From Candidatus Rokubacteria bacterium GWA2_73_35 (lineage in GTDB: Bacteria > Methylomirabilota > Methylomirabilia > Rokubacteriales > CSP1-6), in contig MGBU01000238.1 of the NCBI GenBank assembly GCA_001790205.1, positions 1 to 36,871 of the forward strand: a DNA stretch of 36,871 bases. The letters are read 5' to 3'. The position numbers and the translations under genes were made by a program. Of this stretch, positions 25,537-33,761 are shown piece after piece; position 1 is the first letter of the stretch, and each line of letters begins with the position of its first letter. Below the pieces are notes generated by a model. It was not told where the DNA came from and did no database searches. It saw only the letters and a list, made by a program, of their open reading frames with translations.

Positions 25537-27225
25537 TCATGGTTCGAGCACGAGGTCCTGCCAGATCGTGACGGACTTCTTGCCGTCCCTATCCCCGGCG
25601 CTGCCGTTCCAGACCGCGAAGCCCACCGAGACCGTCGTGCCCGGCGTCAGCGTGACGGCGCCCGCGCCGCGGCCGGCGAGGTCGCGGCGGAACATCACGC
25701 GGTACGTCCCGGTCGCGTAGACGCCGCGCGCGTCCACCGCCTGGTCGCCGCGCGAACGCGCGCGGAGGGTGCCGAACCCCTGGGCGACGAGGTCCTCCGC
25801 CGGGCTCCGTCGCGAAGGGTCGGAGACGATGTTGCCGGCGCCCCAGCCGGTCACGAACGTCGGATCCGAGTCGAGCGTCAGCGCGTGCCGCGTCGGCTGC
25901 TCGTACGGCGCCACCAGGAGGTTCGGATAGGAGTCGATACCGAGGTTCGGGTAGACCTTCTCGAGATCCTGGAAGGCGGGTTCGAGATCCGCCTGCCGCT
26001 CCGACTTCCACATCCAGATGTTGACGAACCGTTCCCGCTCCCCCATCGCGAAGAACGGCGGATCGGCGGTCGGCGAGAACTGAACGGCCACCGCGTCGCG
26101 GAAGTCCTGGGGCCGCATCGCGGTGTGGTCGTGTGTGGCGTCCGACCACATGAGGAGGAGCGCCACTTGCTTGCCGTCGTGCAGCGCGCGCACCGTGACC
26201 TCCTCCGGCCGGTCCGTCCGCCACCAGAGCGGCATCAGGTGGAGGTTCACGGGCTGGGCCCGGCGCCACGCCCCGGAGTCCGGATGCTCGGGCAGCCGGT
26301 CGACCCGCCGCGCGAGGATACGGAACTTCCGCATCTCGGCGCGCGCGCGCTGCGCGTCGCTCGACCAGGACCGGATCAGGTTCACGAGGTGCCACGCCTC
26401 GTCGCCGTACGCCCAGTCGCTCATCGGCATCGGCGTCCCCGGCAGTCCCGCCACGATCCGTCGATAGAGGTGGACGGGGTCCGGGGCCCCCTTGAAGACC
26501 CCCAGCGTCAGGTCCCGCGGGCGCGTCGGATAGCCCAGATCGTCCTTCTGGGCCTCGGCACCGTCGCCCTTGCCCGTCGGACCGTGGCACGAGGCGCACG
26601 CGTCGGCGTACCGATCGAGCGCGAGCTTGCGCGCCGCAGCGGTGAACGCCGGCGCGGGCGGCACGCGGATCAGGCCCGTGCCGGCCTGGCCTTCGCCCTT
26701 CGGATCAGCCGCGGCGGCGAGGATCCAGGGCTTGGTGGCGAAGCTCTTGATGTAGTGGACGAGCGCCCAGCGCTCCTCCTCCGACAGGTGGCCCCACGAG
26801 GGCATCGCCGACCCGGGCATGCCGCGGGAGATGGTGAGGTAGAGATCCTCGTCGGTCGGCACGCGCTCCCACGTCGACACCAGGCGGTAGTTGCCGGTCG
26901 TGAAGTCCCGCGGCTTCGGGTAGAGCAGGTATGCGGCCTCGCCGGCGCCGCGTCCGGTCGTGCCATGACAGGCCGCGCACTGCCGGTCGTAGACGCGCTT
27001 GCCGAGGGCCAGGAGCTCCGGTGACGCGGGCCGACCGAGCATCGGCGTCAGCCTGACCGGGAGCGGCTGGCCGGTGCCGGCGACCACCGCCGCCGCGACG
27101 GGCGTGCCCGCCGCCGGCCCGGCGGGGCCGGGCGAGGCGGGCTGGGACGTCGTACACCCGGTGCCGCCGAGCAGCGCCGAAGCGAGAACCGCGGCCGGGA
27201 CTCCGTGGCGCAGGCGCACACCCAT
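25537..27225 (-). CDS. Putative lipoprotein: diheme cytochrome c fused to EB_dh heme-b domain (NxrC/gamma-like subunit)
   Basis: Signal with lipobox-like GGTGC; CAACH (PKPRDFT..AMP) and CASCH (..PMP); C-terminal DAVAVQF..PPFFAMGE..VNIWMWK and FAVWNGSAGDRDGKKS with the Met/Lys ligand pattern of EbdC-type gamma subunits. First gene of the operon. Confidence 0.8.
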   Translation of the reverse strand: MGVRLRHGVPAAVLASALLGGTGCTTSQPASPGPAGPAAGTPVAAAVVAGTGQPLPVRLTPMLGRPASPELLALGKRVYDRQCAACHGTTGRGAGEAAYLLYPKPRDFTTGNYRLVSTWERVPTDEDLYLTISRGMPGSAMPSWGHLSEEERWALVHYIKSFATKPWILAAAADPKGEGQAGTGLIRVPPAPAFTAAARKLALDRYADACASCHGPTGKGDGAEAQKDDLGYPTRPRDLTLGVFKGAPDPVHLYRRIVAGLPGTPMPMSDWAYGDEAWHLVNLIRSWSSDAQRARAEMRKFRILARRVDRLPEHPDSGAWRRAQPVNLHLMPLWWRTDRPEEVTVRALHDGKQVALLLMWSDATHDHTAMRPQDFRDAVAVQFSPTADPPFFAMGERERFVNIWMWKSERQADLEPAFQDLEKVYPNLGIDSYPNLLVAPYEQPTRHALTLDSDPTFVTGWGAGNIVSDPSRRSPAEDLVAQGFGTLRARSRGDQAVDARGVYATGTYRVMFRRDLAGRGAGAVTLTPGTTVSVGFAVWNGSAGDRDGKKSVTIWQDLVLEP

Positions 27226-27278
27226 ACTCTCGGGCCTCCCGTTGCCGAGGACTGTCAGCCAGGCGCGCCCGCGCCCGA

Positions 27279-27294
27279 TATGACGCAGATCATA
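27279..27294 (-). promoter_or_regulatory. Crp/Fnr-family-like operator upstream of the nxr-like operon
   Basis: TATGA-CGCAGA-TCATA (minus-strand core ATGAT-CTGC-GTCAT), ~30 bp upstream of a weak GACAGT -10 (27256-27251); roughly class-II activator geometry. Confidence 0.55.
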
Positions 27295-27301
27295 CCCGCG
27301 G

Positions 27302-27336
27302 CCCCCGCCCCCCGGGGGGCGGGGGAGGGGCGGGGG
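27302..27336. repeat. Perfect 24-bp GC palindrome overlapping four G-tracts
   Basis: CCCCCGCCCCCCGGGGGGCGGGGG (27302-27325) is self-complementary; G6-C-G5-A-G4-C-G5 at 27314-27336. Confidence 0.6.
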
Positions 27337-27373
27337 AGTGCCAACCCTCTTGGGACTGGAACATACTTCACTA

Positions 27374-27390
27374 ACTGAATATCATTCAGT
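27374..27390 (+). promoter_or_regulatory. Probable TetR-family operator overlapping the -10 element of the acyl-CoA operon
   Basis: AT-rich perfect inverted repeat ACTGAAT-ATC-ATTCAGT covering TATCAT (27380-27385), 1 bp before the GTG start; a TetR gene ends this operon. Confidence 0.7.
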
Positions 27391-27391
27391 C

Positions 27392-28543
27392 GTGACCGAC
27401 GCCGCCCCCTGGCTCACGGCCGAGCACGAGGAGTTCCGGCGCGCGCTCCGCGCCCTGGTGGCGCGCGAGCTCGCCCCCCACGCCGACGCGTGGGAGGCGG
27501 CGGGGCTCTTCCCCCGCGAGCTCTACGGCCTGATGGGGAAGCTCGGCTATCTGGGCCTCCGCTACTCACCCGAGTACGGCGGCGCCGGCCTCGACTTCCG
27601 GTACACGCTGATCCTCGCCCAGGAGCTGGTGAAGTGCGGGAGCGTCGGCACCGCCGTCGGCCTGCTCGCCCATATGGAGTTCGCGCTCTCGGTCATCGAC
27701 GCGCGCGGGACGCCGGCGCAGAAGCGCGAGTTCCTCGCCCCGGCGATCCGCGGCGAGCGGATCGCCGCGATCGGGATCAGCGAGCCCGGCGCCGGCTCGG
27801 ACGTGGGGGCGATCCGGACGACGGCGCGCCGCGAGGGCGGCGACTGGGTCATCAACGGGTCGAAGACCTTCATCACGAACGGCACGCGGGCGGACTTCGT
27901 CTCGCTCGTCGCGCGCACGGGCGGGCCCGGGCCGAAGGGGCTGTCGGTCATCCTGCTGCCCAGCGACACCAGGGGCTTCCGCGTGGGCAAGGCCCTCCAG
28001 AAGATGGGCTCGCGCGCCTCGGACACCGCGGAGCTCTTCTTCGACGACTGCCGGGTGCCGCTCGGGAACCTCGTCGGCGAGGAGGGCCGGGGGTTCGGCT
28101 ACGTCATGGACCACTTCAAGGGCGAGCGGCTCGTCATCTCGGCCTTCGCGCTCGGCGTGATGGAGCGCCTCTGGGAGGAGGGCACGCGGTACGCGGCCGA
28201 GCGCCAGGTGTTCGGGCAGCCGCTCGGCAAGTTCCAGGCGTGGCGCCACCGCCTCGCCGACGTCCGCACCACAATGGAGGCGACGCGCCAGCTCGTCCAC
28301 TGGGCCTGCGACCGCCTGAGCCGCGACGCCCCGGACGCGAGCCTCGCCGCCTCGATGGCGAAGCTCTTCTCGTGCGAGCAGGTCAAGCACGTCGCCAACG
28401 AGGTCTTCCAGCTCCACGGCGGGTACGGCTTCATCGAGGAGTCCCCCGTGTGCCGGCTCTACCGGGACGTGTCCGCGTTCACGATCGGCGCGGGCACGAG
28501 CGAGATCATGCGCGAGATCATCGCCCGCGAAACACAGCTCTGA
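27392..28543 (+). CDS. Acyl-CoA dehydrogenase (LCAD/citronellyl-CoA-dehydrogenase-like catalytic Glu position)
   Basis: ISEPGAGSDV, INGSKTFITNG, FKGERL, QLHGGYGF, IGAGTSEIM. GTG 27392 preferred over 27338. Confidence 0.9.
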   Translation: MTDAAPWLTAEHEEFRRALRALVARELAPHADAWEAAGLFPRELYGLMGKLGYLGLRYSPEYGGAGLDFRYTLILAQELVKCGSVGTAVGLLAHMEFALSVIDARGTPAQKREFLAPAIRGERIAAIGISEPGAGSDVGAIRTTARREGGDWVINGSKTFITNGTRADFVSLVARTGGPGPKGLSVILLPSDTRGFRVGKALQKMGSRASDTAELFFDDCRVPLGNLVGEEGRGFGYVMDHFKGERLVISAFALGVMERLWEEGTRYAAERQVFGQPLGKFQAWRHRLADVRTTMEATRQLVHWACDRLSRDAPDASLAASMAKLFSCEQVKHVANEVFQLHGGYGFIEESPVCRLYRDVSAFTIGAGTSEIMREIIARETQL

Positions 28544-28577
28544 ACGCTCGAGCGCCCGGCACTCACGGTGACCGGGT

Positions 28578-28619
28578 GGGGGGTGTCGGGGAGGAGCGGC
28601 GCTCGCTCCCCCCGACGCC
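28578..28619. repeat. G6-leader + GC hairpin (REP-like element, copy 3)
   Basis: GGGGGG-T then stem GTCGGGGAGGAGCG / CGCTCCCCCCGAC with one bulged A; intergenic. Confidence 0.55.
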
Positions 28620-28628
28620 GATCAGACC

Positions 28629-29483
28629 ATGGAGAAGATCGGCGCGATCGACGCGTGGGCGACCCTCGTGACGCCGGAGGGCGCCACGCAGTGGCCGCCG
28701 GAGTTCGTCCACATCTTCAAGCGGTACAAGGTCGATCGCCGGATGCTCGAGGGCATGACGCTCGAGACGATGCTCGCCGAGATGGACGAGGCCGACGTCG
28801 AGATCGCGGTCTTCTCCGCCTTCGGCTACGGGAACCTCCACGTGATGCGGAACGAGACCGTCGGCGAGACCGTCCGGAAGCACCCCGACCGGTTCATCGG
28901 CGCCGGCACCGTGGACCCGCGCAAGCGGCCGATGGACGTCGCCCGCGAGATCGAGCGGCTGGTGCGCGAGCTCGGCATCCGGCTCGTGCGCCTCGAGCCG
29001 TACGCCTACGGCGGCGACGACTACACGGGGCTCCCGCCCAACGACAAGCGCTACTGGCCCGTGTACCTCAAGTGCGCCGAGCTGGGCGCCGCCGTCGCGA
29101 TCCAGGTCGGCCACACGGGCCCGCTGATGCCGTCGGAGTGCGGACGGCCGATCTACCTCGACGAGGTGGCGCTCGCCTTCCCCGAGCTGGTGATCCTCGG
29201 CTGCCACCTCGGCCAGCCCTGGCACGAGGAGATGATGACGCTCGCCTGGAAGCACCCGAACGTGTACGTGGAAACCTCCGCGCGCCCGGCGAAGCTCTGG
29301 CCTCCTGAATTCCTCGACTTCGTCCGGGGCTGGGGCCAGGACAAGGTGATCTGGGCGACGGACTACCCGCTCGTGAGCTTCAAGCGCGCCCGCGAGGACG
29401 TGGACGCGCTCGGGCTGCCGCTCCCCGTCAAGCGGAAGCTCCTGCGCGAGAACTTCCTGAGAGCGCTCACAATCCCGCGCTGA
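28629..29483 (+). CDS. Amidohydrolase_2-family metal-dependent hydrolase/decarboxylase
   Basis: HPDRFIG, PPNDKRYWPVY, QVGHTGP, FPELVILGCHLG, HPNVYVETSA, KVIWATDYP. Confidence 0.85.
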   Translation: MEKIGAIDAWATLVTPEGATQWPPEFVHIFKRYKVDRRMLEGMTLETMLAEMDEADVEIAVFSAFGYGNLHVMRNETVGETVRKHPDRFIGAGTVDPRKRPMDVAREIERLVRELGIRLVRLEPYAYGGDDYTGLPPNDKRYWPVYLKCAELGAAVAIQVGHTGPLMPSECGRPIYLDEVALAFPELVILGCHLGQPWHEEMMTLAWKHPNVYVETSARPAKLWPPEFLDFVRGWGQDKVIWATDYPLVSFKRAREDVDALGLPLPVKRKLLRENFLRALTIPR

Positions 29484-29496
29484 CGGAGGCGCAGCC

Positions 29497-31074
29497 ATGA
29501 TTCACCCCTACGCGTACTACCTCGGCCGCGCGGCGCGGTGGTATCCGGAACGGACCGCGGTCATCGAGGGCGAGACGCGGCTCGCCTACCGGGCGCTGGA
29601 CGCCCGCGCGAGCGGGCTCGCCCGCGCGCTGATCCAGCTCGGCGTGCGGCCGGGCGACCGCGTCGCCGTGCTCCAGGCCAACAACCACGAGTTCATGGAG
29701 GCGCTCGCCGGCATCGCACGCAGTGGCGCGGCCTTCGTCCCGATGCTCGGGATGCTCACCGAGGCCGACCACGCCCACATGGTGGCGGACTGCGGAGCCC
29801 GGGTCCTGATCGCCCCGGCGCCCGCGCTCGCTCCCCGGGCGCACGCGCTGCGCGCGCTCCTCCCGGACGTCCGGTACGTGATCGCGCCGGGCGGAGGCGA
29901 CGGCGTGCTCGACTACGAGGACCTCCTGCGGCTCCACGCCGGCGAGGCGCCCGTGATCCGCGGCTCGGAGGGCGAGCTCGGCCAGATCCTCTACACCTCG
30001 GGCACGACCGGGAAACCCAAGGGCGTGGCCCACACGTACGCGAGCACCGAGGCGGCGATGTTCGCGTGGGCCCAGATCGCGCGGCGCCAGGCCGGAGACG
30101 TCGGGCTCCTCTACACGCCGATGAGCCACTTCGCCGCGCGCCTCATGGACTCGGGCTGGGTCACGGGGAGCACGGCGGTGATCCTCCAGGCGCCGGATCC
30201 CGTGCAGACGTTCGCGGCGATCGAGCGCCACCGCGTGACCCATCTCCTCGCCATCCCCACCCTGCTCCAGATGTTTCTCGGCCACCCCGAGATCAACCGC
30301 CACGACCTCTCGAGCCTCGCGTTCATCTGCTACGCGGCGGCGCCGGCGTCGTCCGCCCTCGTGCGCCGGGCGATCGAGCGCTTCGGCCCGATCCTGCACA
30401 CGGGCTGGGGCGGCACCGAGGCGTACGGTCTGAACACCCACACGACGCCGGCCGAGCATCAGGCGGCACTCGAGGGCCACGAGGAGCGGCTGCTCTCGTG
30501 CGGGCGCGAGAACTCGCTCGGCGGCCGCGTCCGCATCCTCGACGAGTCGGGGCGCGACGTGCCCGTCGGGGAGGTCGGCGAGGCGTGCGTGCGCGCGCCG
30601 TGGATGACGACCGGCTACTGGAACCTGCCGGAGCTGACCGCACGGACGATCGTGGACGGCTGGCTCCACTTCGGCGACCTCGCCCGCGTGGACGCGGACG
30701 GCTACGTCTATCTGGTCGACCGCAAGGGCGACATGATCATCACCGGCGGGATGAACGTCTACCCGCGCGAGGTGGAGGACATCCTCTACCAGCACCCGGC
30801 CCTGCTCGAAGCCGCCGTCGTCGGTGTCCCCGACGAGAAGTGGGGCGAGGCCGTGAAAGCCGTCGTGGCGCTCAAGAGCGGGCAGACCGTCGACGAGGCG
30901 GAGCTCCTCGCGTTCGCGAAGGAGCGGCTCGCGCCGTTCAAGGCGCCGAAGTCGCTCGAGATCCGTGCCTCCCTGCCGAAGACGCCCGTCGGGAAGATCT
31001 CGCGCCGCGACGTCAAGGCGCCGTACTGGGCGGGCCAGGAGCGGATGATCCACGGCGCCGGGGGCCGGGCGTGA
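29497..31074 (+). CDS. Acyl-CoA synthetase / AMP-binding ligase
   Basis: YTSGTTGKPKG, GWGGTE, GWLHFGD, DRKGDMIITGGMNVYPREVE, LPKTPVGKI. Confidence 0.92.
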   Translation: MIHPYAYYLGRAARWYPERTAVIEGETRLAYRALDARASGLARALIQLGVRPGDRVAVLQANNHEFMEALAGIARSGAAFVPMLGMLTEADHAHMVADCGARVLIAPAPALAPRAHALRALLPDVRYVIAPGGGDGVLDYEDLLRLHAGEAPVIRGSEGELGQILYTSGTTGKPKGVAHTYASTEAAMFAWAQIARRQAGDVGLLYTPMSHFAARLMDSGWVTGSTAVILQAPDPVQTFAAIERHRVTHLLAIPTLLQMFLGHPEINRHDLSSLAFICYAAAPASSALVRRAIERFGPILHTGWGGTEAYGLNTHTTPAEHQAALEGHEERLLSCGRENSLGGRVRILDESGRDVPVGEVGEACVRAPWMTTGYWNLPELTARTIVDGWLHFGDLARVDADGYVYLVDRKGDMIITGGMNVYPREVEDILYQHPALLEAAVVGVPDEKWGEAVKAVVALKSGQTVDEAELLAFAKERLAPFKAPKSLEIRASLPKTPVGKISRRDVKAPYWAGQERMIHGAGGRA

Positions 31075-31919
31075 AGCGGCCGGGGACCGAGTCCTGGCAG
31101 GGCTACTGGACGACCAAGATCGGCTGGGCGGAGTCGGGCACGATCCTCGTCCGCGGCTACCGCGCCGAGGCGCTGATCCGCGCGCTCACCTTCCCCGAGG
31201 CCACGTACCTCGTCATCCGTGGCGAGCTGCCGACACGCGCCCGGGCGCGGGCGCTCGACGCCGTCCTGCGCTCGGGGCTCGACCAAGCCTTCATCAGCTC
31301 GGCGGTCCCCGCCGCGCGCTTCGCCGCCTCCGCGGCGCCCGAAGCGCCTGCGGCGGCGATCGCGGCGGGCGTGATCGCCTTCGGCTCGGTGACGGGCTCG
31401 CCGCGCGAGTGCGCCGAGATGCTCGCGGCGGCGCACGCGGCGCGCACGCGCGACGGCCTCTCGCGCGCCGAGGTCGCGCACCGGACCGTCGAGGCGTACG
31501 CGAAGGACAAGCGCCGGATCCCGGGCCTCGGCCACCCGGTGCACAGGCGACGCGAGCCCCGGGCCGCCGCGCTCCGCGCGGTCGCGCTCGAGCTCGGCGT
31601 GTGGGACGAGCAGGCGCGGCTCTTCGATGCGATCGCGCGCGAGGCGGCGAGGCGCTCGGGCCACCCCCTGCCGCCGAATCTGGCCGGGGTCATCGCGGCG
31701 GTCCTGCTCGAGATCGGGTTCGAGCCGCTCGAGATGGTCGGCCTCGGCGTCCTCTCCTACCTCCCGGCGCTGATCGCCCACACGACCGAGGAGATCCGCG
31801 AAGGCCGCCCGCTCAGGATCATCCCGGAGGCACTCGGCGCGCGTTACGCCGGCCCCGCCGAACGCCGCCTGCCGAAGCGCTACGAGAAGGAGCCCACGAG
31901 GGCGAGGGACGGACCATGA
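31071..31919 (+). CDS. Citryl-CoA lyase / citrate-synthase-fold protein with divergent active site
   Basis: GTGA overlap; WTTKI..ILVRGY..LI..LTF..ATYLVIRGELP, RIPGLGHPVH..EPRA, LIAHTTEE. Confidence 0.75.
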   Translation: MKRPGTESWQGYWTTKIGWAESGTILVRGYRAEALIRALTFPEATYLVIRGELPTRARARALDAVLRSGLDQAFISSAVPAARFAASAAPEAPAAAIAAGVIAFGSVTGSPRECAEMLAAAHAARTRDGLSRAEVAHRTVEAYAKDKRRIPGLGHPVHRRREPRAAALRAVALELGVWDEQARLFDAIAREAARRSGHPLPPNLAGVIAAVLLEIGFEPLEMVGLGVLSYLPALIAHTTEEIREGRPLRIIPEALGARYAGPAERRLPKRYEKEPTRARDGP

Positions 31920-32704
31920 CATTCGAGACGATCACGGTCGGGGAAGCCGACGGCGTCGTGACGCTGACCCTCAATCGCCCGGACAAGCTCAACGCCCTCA
32001 GCGTGGCGATGGGCGAGGAGCTGTGCGCCGCGCTGGAAGCGCTGGGCAGGAGCACCAGCGCCCGGGTGCTCGTGGTCACGGGCGCCGGGCGGATGTTCAG
32101 CGCCGGGGGCGACCTCTCCTCGATGGATCAGGTGGTCGGCAGCGCGGCCGCCATCGACCACAGCGTCAGGATCTACTGCGAGGTCGCGCGGCGGCTGCGC
32201 GAGCTGCCGCTGCCCGCCGTGGCGAAGCTGAACGGCGACGCGTTCGGCGGCGCGCTCGGCATCCTCATGGCGTGCGACCTCAGGCTCGCCCGCGACGACG
32301 CCCGCCTCGGCTTCGTGTTCACCCGCGTCGGGCTGAGCGGCGCCGACGCGGGTGTGAGCTATCTCCTGCCGCGCCTGGTCGGCGTGGCGAAGGCGATGGA
32401 GCTCTTGCTCCTCGGCGAGACCATCGTCGCCACCGAAGCCGAGCGCGTCGGGCTGATCCACCGTGCCGTCCCCGCCGCGCAGCTCGACCAGGTGACCGAC
32501 GGCATCGTGGGGCGCCTCGCCGCGGGGCCGCCGCTCGCCCTCCGCGCCACGAAGCGCGCGCTCTACGACGGGCTCAGCCGGGACATGGCGGTCGATTTCG
32601 AGGACGAGTGCCGCGTCCAGGCGCTCTGCTTCCAGAGCGAGGACCACAAGGAAGGACTCCGCGCCTTCCGGGACAAGCGTGCGCCCGTGTTCCGTGGGCG
32701 CTGA
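31916..32704 (+). CDS. Crotonase-family enoyl-CoA hydratase/isomerase
   Basis: ATGA overlap; TLNRPDKLNAL, FSAGGDL, NGDAFGG, ACDLR, VGLSGADAG, EDHKEGLRAF. Confidence 0.9.
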   Translation: MTFETITVGEADGVVTLTLNRPDKLNALSVAMGEELCAALEALGRSTSARVLVVTGAGRMFSAGGDLSSMDQVVGSAAAIDHSVRIYCEVARRLRELPLPAVAKLNGDAFGGALGILMACDLRLARDDARLGFVFTRVGLSGADAGVSYLLPRLVGVAKAMELLLLGETIVATEAERVGLIHRAVPAAQLDQVTDGIVGRLAAGPPLALRATKRALYDGLSRDMAVDFEDECRVQALCFQSEDHKEGLRAFRDKRAPVFRGR

Positions 32705-32719
32705 GCGGGCGCTCTCCTG

Positions 32720-33760
32720 ATGCGCGCGGCGCGGTTCTACGCGGCGAAGGAGCCGCTCAGGATCGAGGAGGTCGAGGCTCGGACGCCGGGCGAGAGTGAA
32801 GTCCGCGTCGCCGTCGAGGCGTGCGGGATCTGCGGCACCGATCTCCACGTCGCGATCGAGGGGACGATCCAGCTCCCGACGACGCCGATCGTCCTCGGCC
32901 ACGAGGCCGCCGGCGTCGTCGCCGACGTCGGCGCCGGCGTCACCGGCTGGAAGCCCGGCGACCGCGTGACGATCTTTCCCAGCGTCGCCTGCGGCCGGTG
33001 CCACGCGTGCCGCCGGGGGCGCGAGGTGCTCTGCCAGCAGGCGCAGGTGCTCGGGATCAACCGTGAGGGCGCCTTCGCCGAGTCCATCACGCTCCCCGCC
33101 TCGTGCCTGCTGCCCCTGCCCGCCGAGGTCTCGTTCCCCGTCGGCGCGATCGTGGCCGACGCCGTCTCGACGGCATACCGGGCGCTGGCCCATCGAGGGG
33201 CGCTGCGACCCGGCGAGAGGGTCGCCGTCTTCGGCTGCGGCGGCCTCGGTGTCCACGGGATCAAGCTCGCGAAGCTCCTCGGCGCGTCTGAGGTGATCGG
33301 CGTGGACGTCGCCCGCGGCGCGCTCCGGCGCGCCGTGGAGGCCGGCGCAACCCACGTCGTGGACGCCACGGGAGGCGACGCGGCGAAGCAGATCCGCGGG
33401 CTCGCCGCAGGGGAAGGCGTCGACCTCGCCGTCGAGTTCGTCGGCCTCAAGGCCTCGGTGACCGAGGCGATGCGGAGCCTCAGGCGCGGCGGGCGCGTGG
33501 TGATCGCGGGCGTGGGCGGCGACCGCGTCGAGCTGCCGCCGCTTCGCTCCTTCGTCGGCGGCGAGCTGGCCGTCCTCGCCTCCATGGGCTTCGACCGCGA
33601 GGAGGTCGAGACGGTGATCCGCCTCGTCGCCTCGGGAGCGCTGGACCTCTCGTCCTCGGTCACCGACGTGATCCCGCTCCCGGCGATCAACGAGGGCTTC
33701 CGCCGGGCGTTCACCAAGGAGGGCGACCCGATCCGCATCGTCGTGCGCCCGGGAGGCTAG
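32720..33760 (+). CDS. Zn-dependent alcohol dehydrogenase (MDR family)
   Basis: CGICGTDLH, LGHE, structural Zn CGRCHAC...C, GCGGLG. Confidence 0.92.
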   Translation: MRAARFYAAKEPLRIEEVEARTPGESEVRVAVEACGICGTDLHVAIEGTIQLPTTPIVLGHEAAGVVADVGAGVTGWKPGDRVTIFPSVACGRCHACRRGREVLCQQAQVLGINREGAFAESITLPASCLLPLPAEVSFPVGAIVADAVSTAYRALAHRGALRPGERVAVFGCGGLGVHGIKLAKLLGASEVIGVDVARGALRRAVEAGATHVVDATGGDAAKQIRGLAAGEGVDLAVEFVGLKASVTEAMRSLRRGGRVVIAGVGGDRVELPPLRSFVGGELAVLASMGFDREEVETVIRLVASGALDLSSSVTDVIPLPAINEGFRRAFTKEGDPIRIVVRPGG

Positions 33761-33761
33761 C

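Noticed and set aside
21958-27024. 1688-aa plus-strand ORF, and similar giant ORFs (7626..10841 -, 16596..19868 +, 21797..25180 -, 16288..19164 -, 13080..15524 -, 2181..4628 -)
   Set aside because: Antisense or off-frame shadows of well-supported genes. They are Arg/Ala/Gly/Pro-rich with no motifs, as expected at this GC content.
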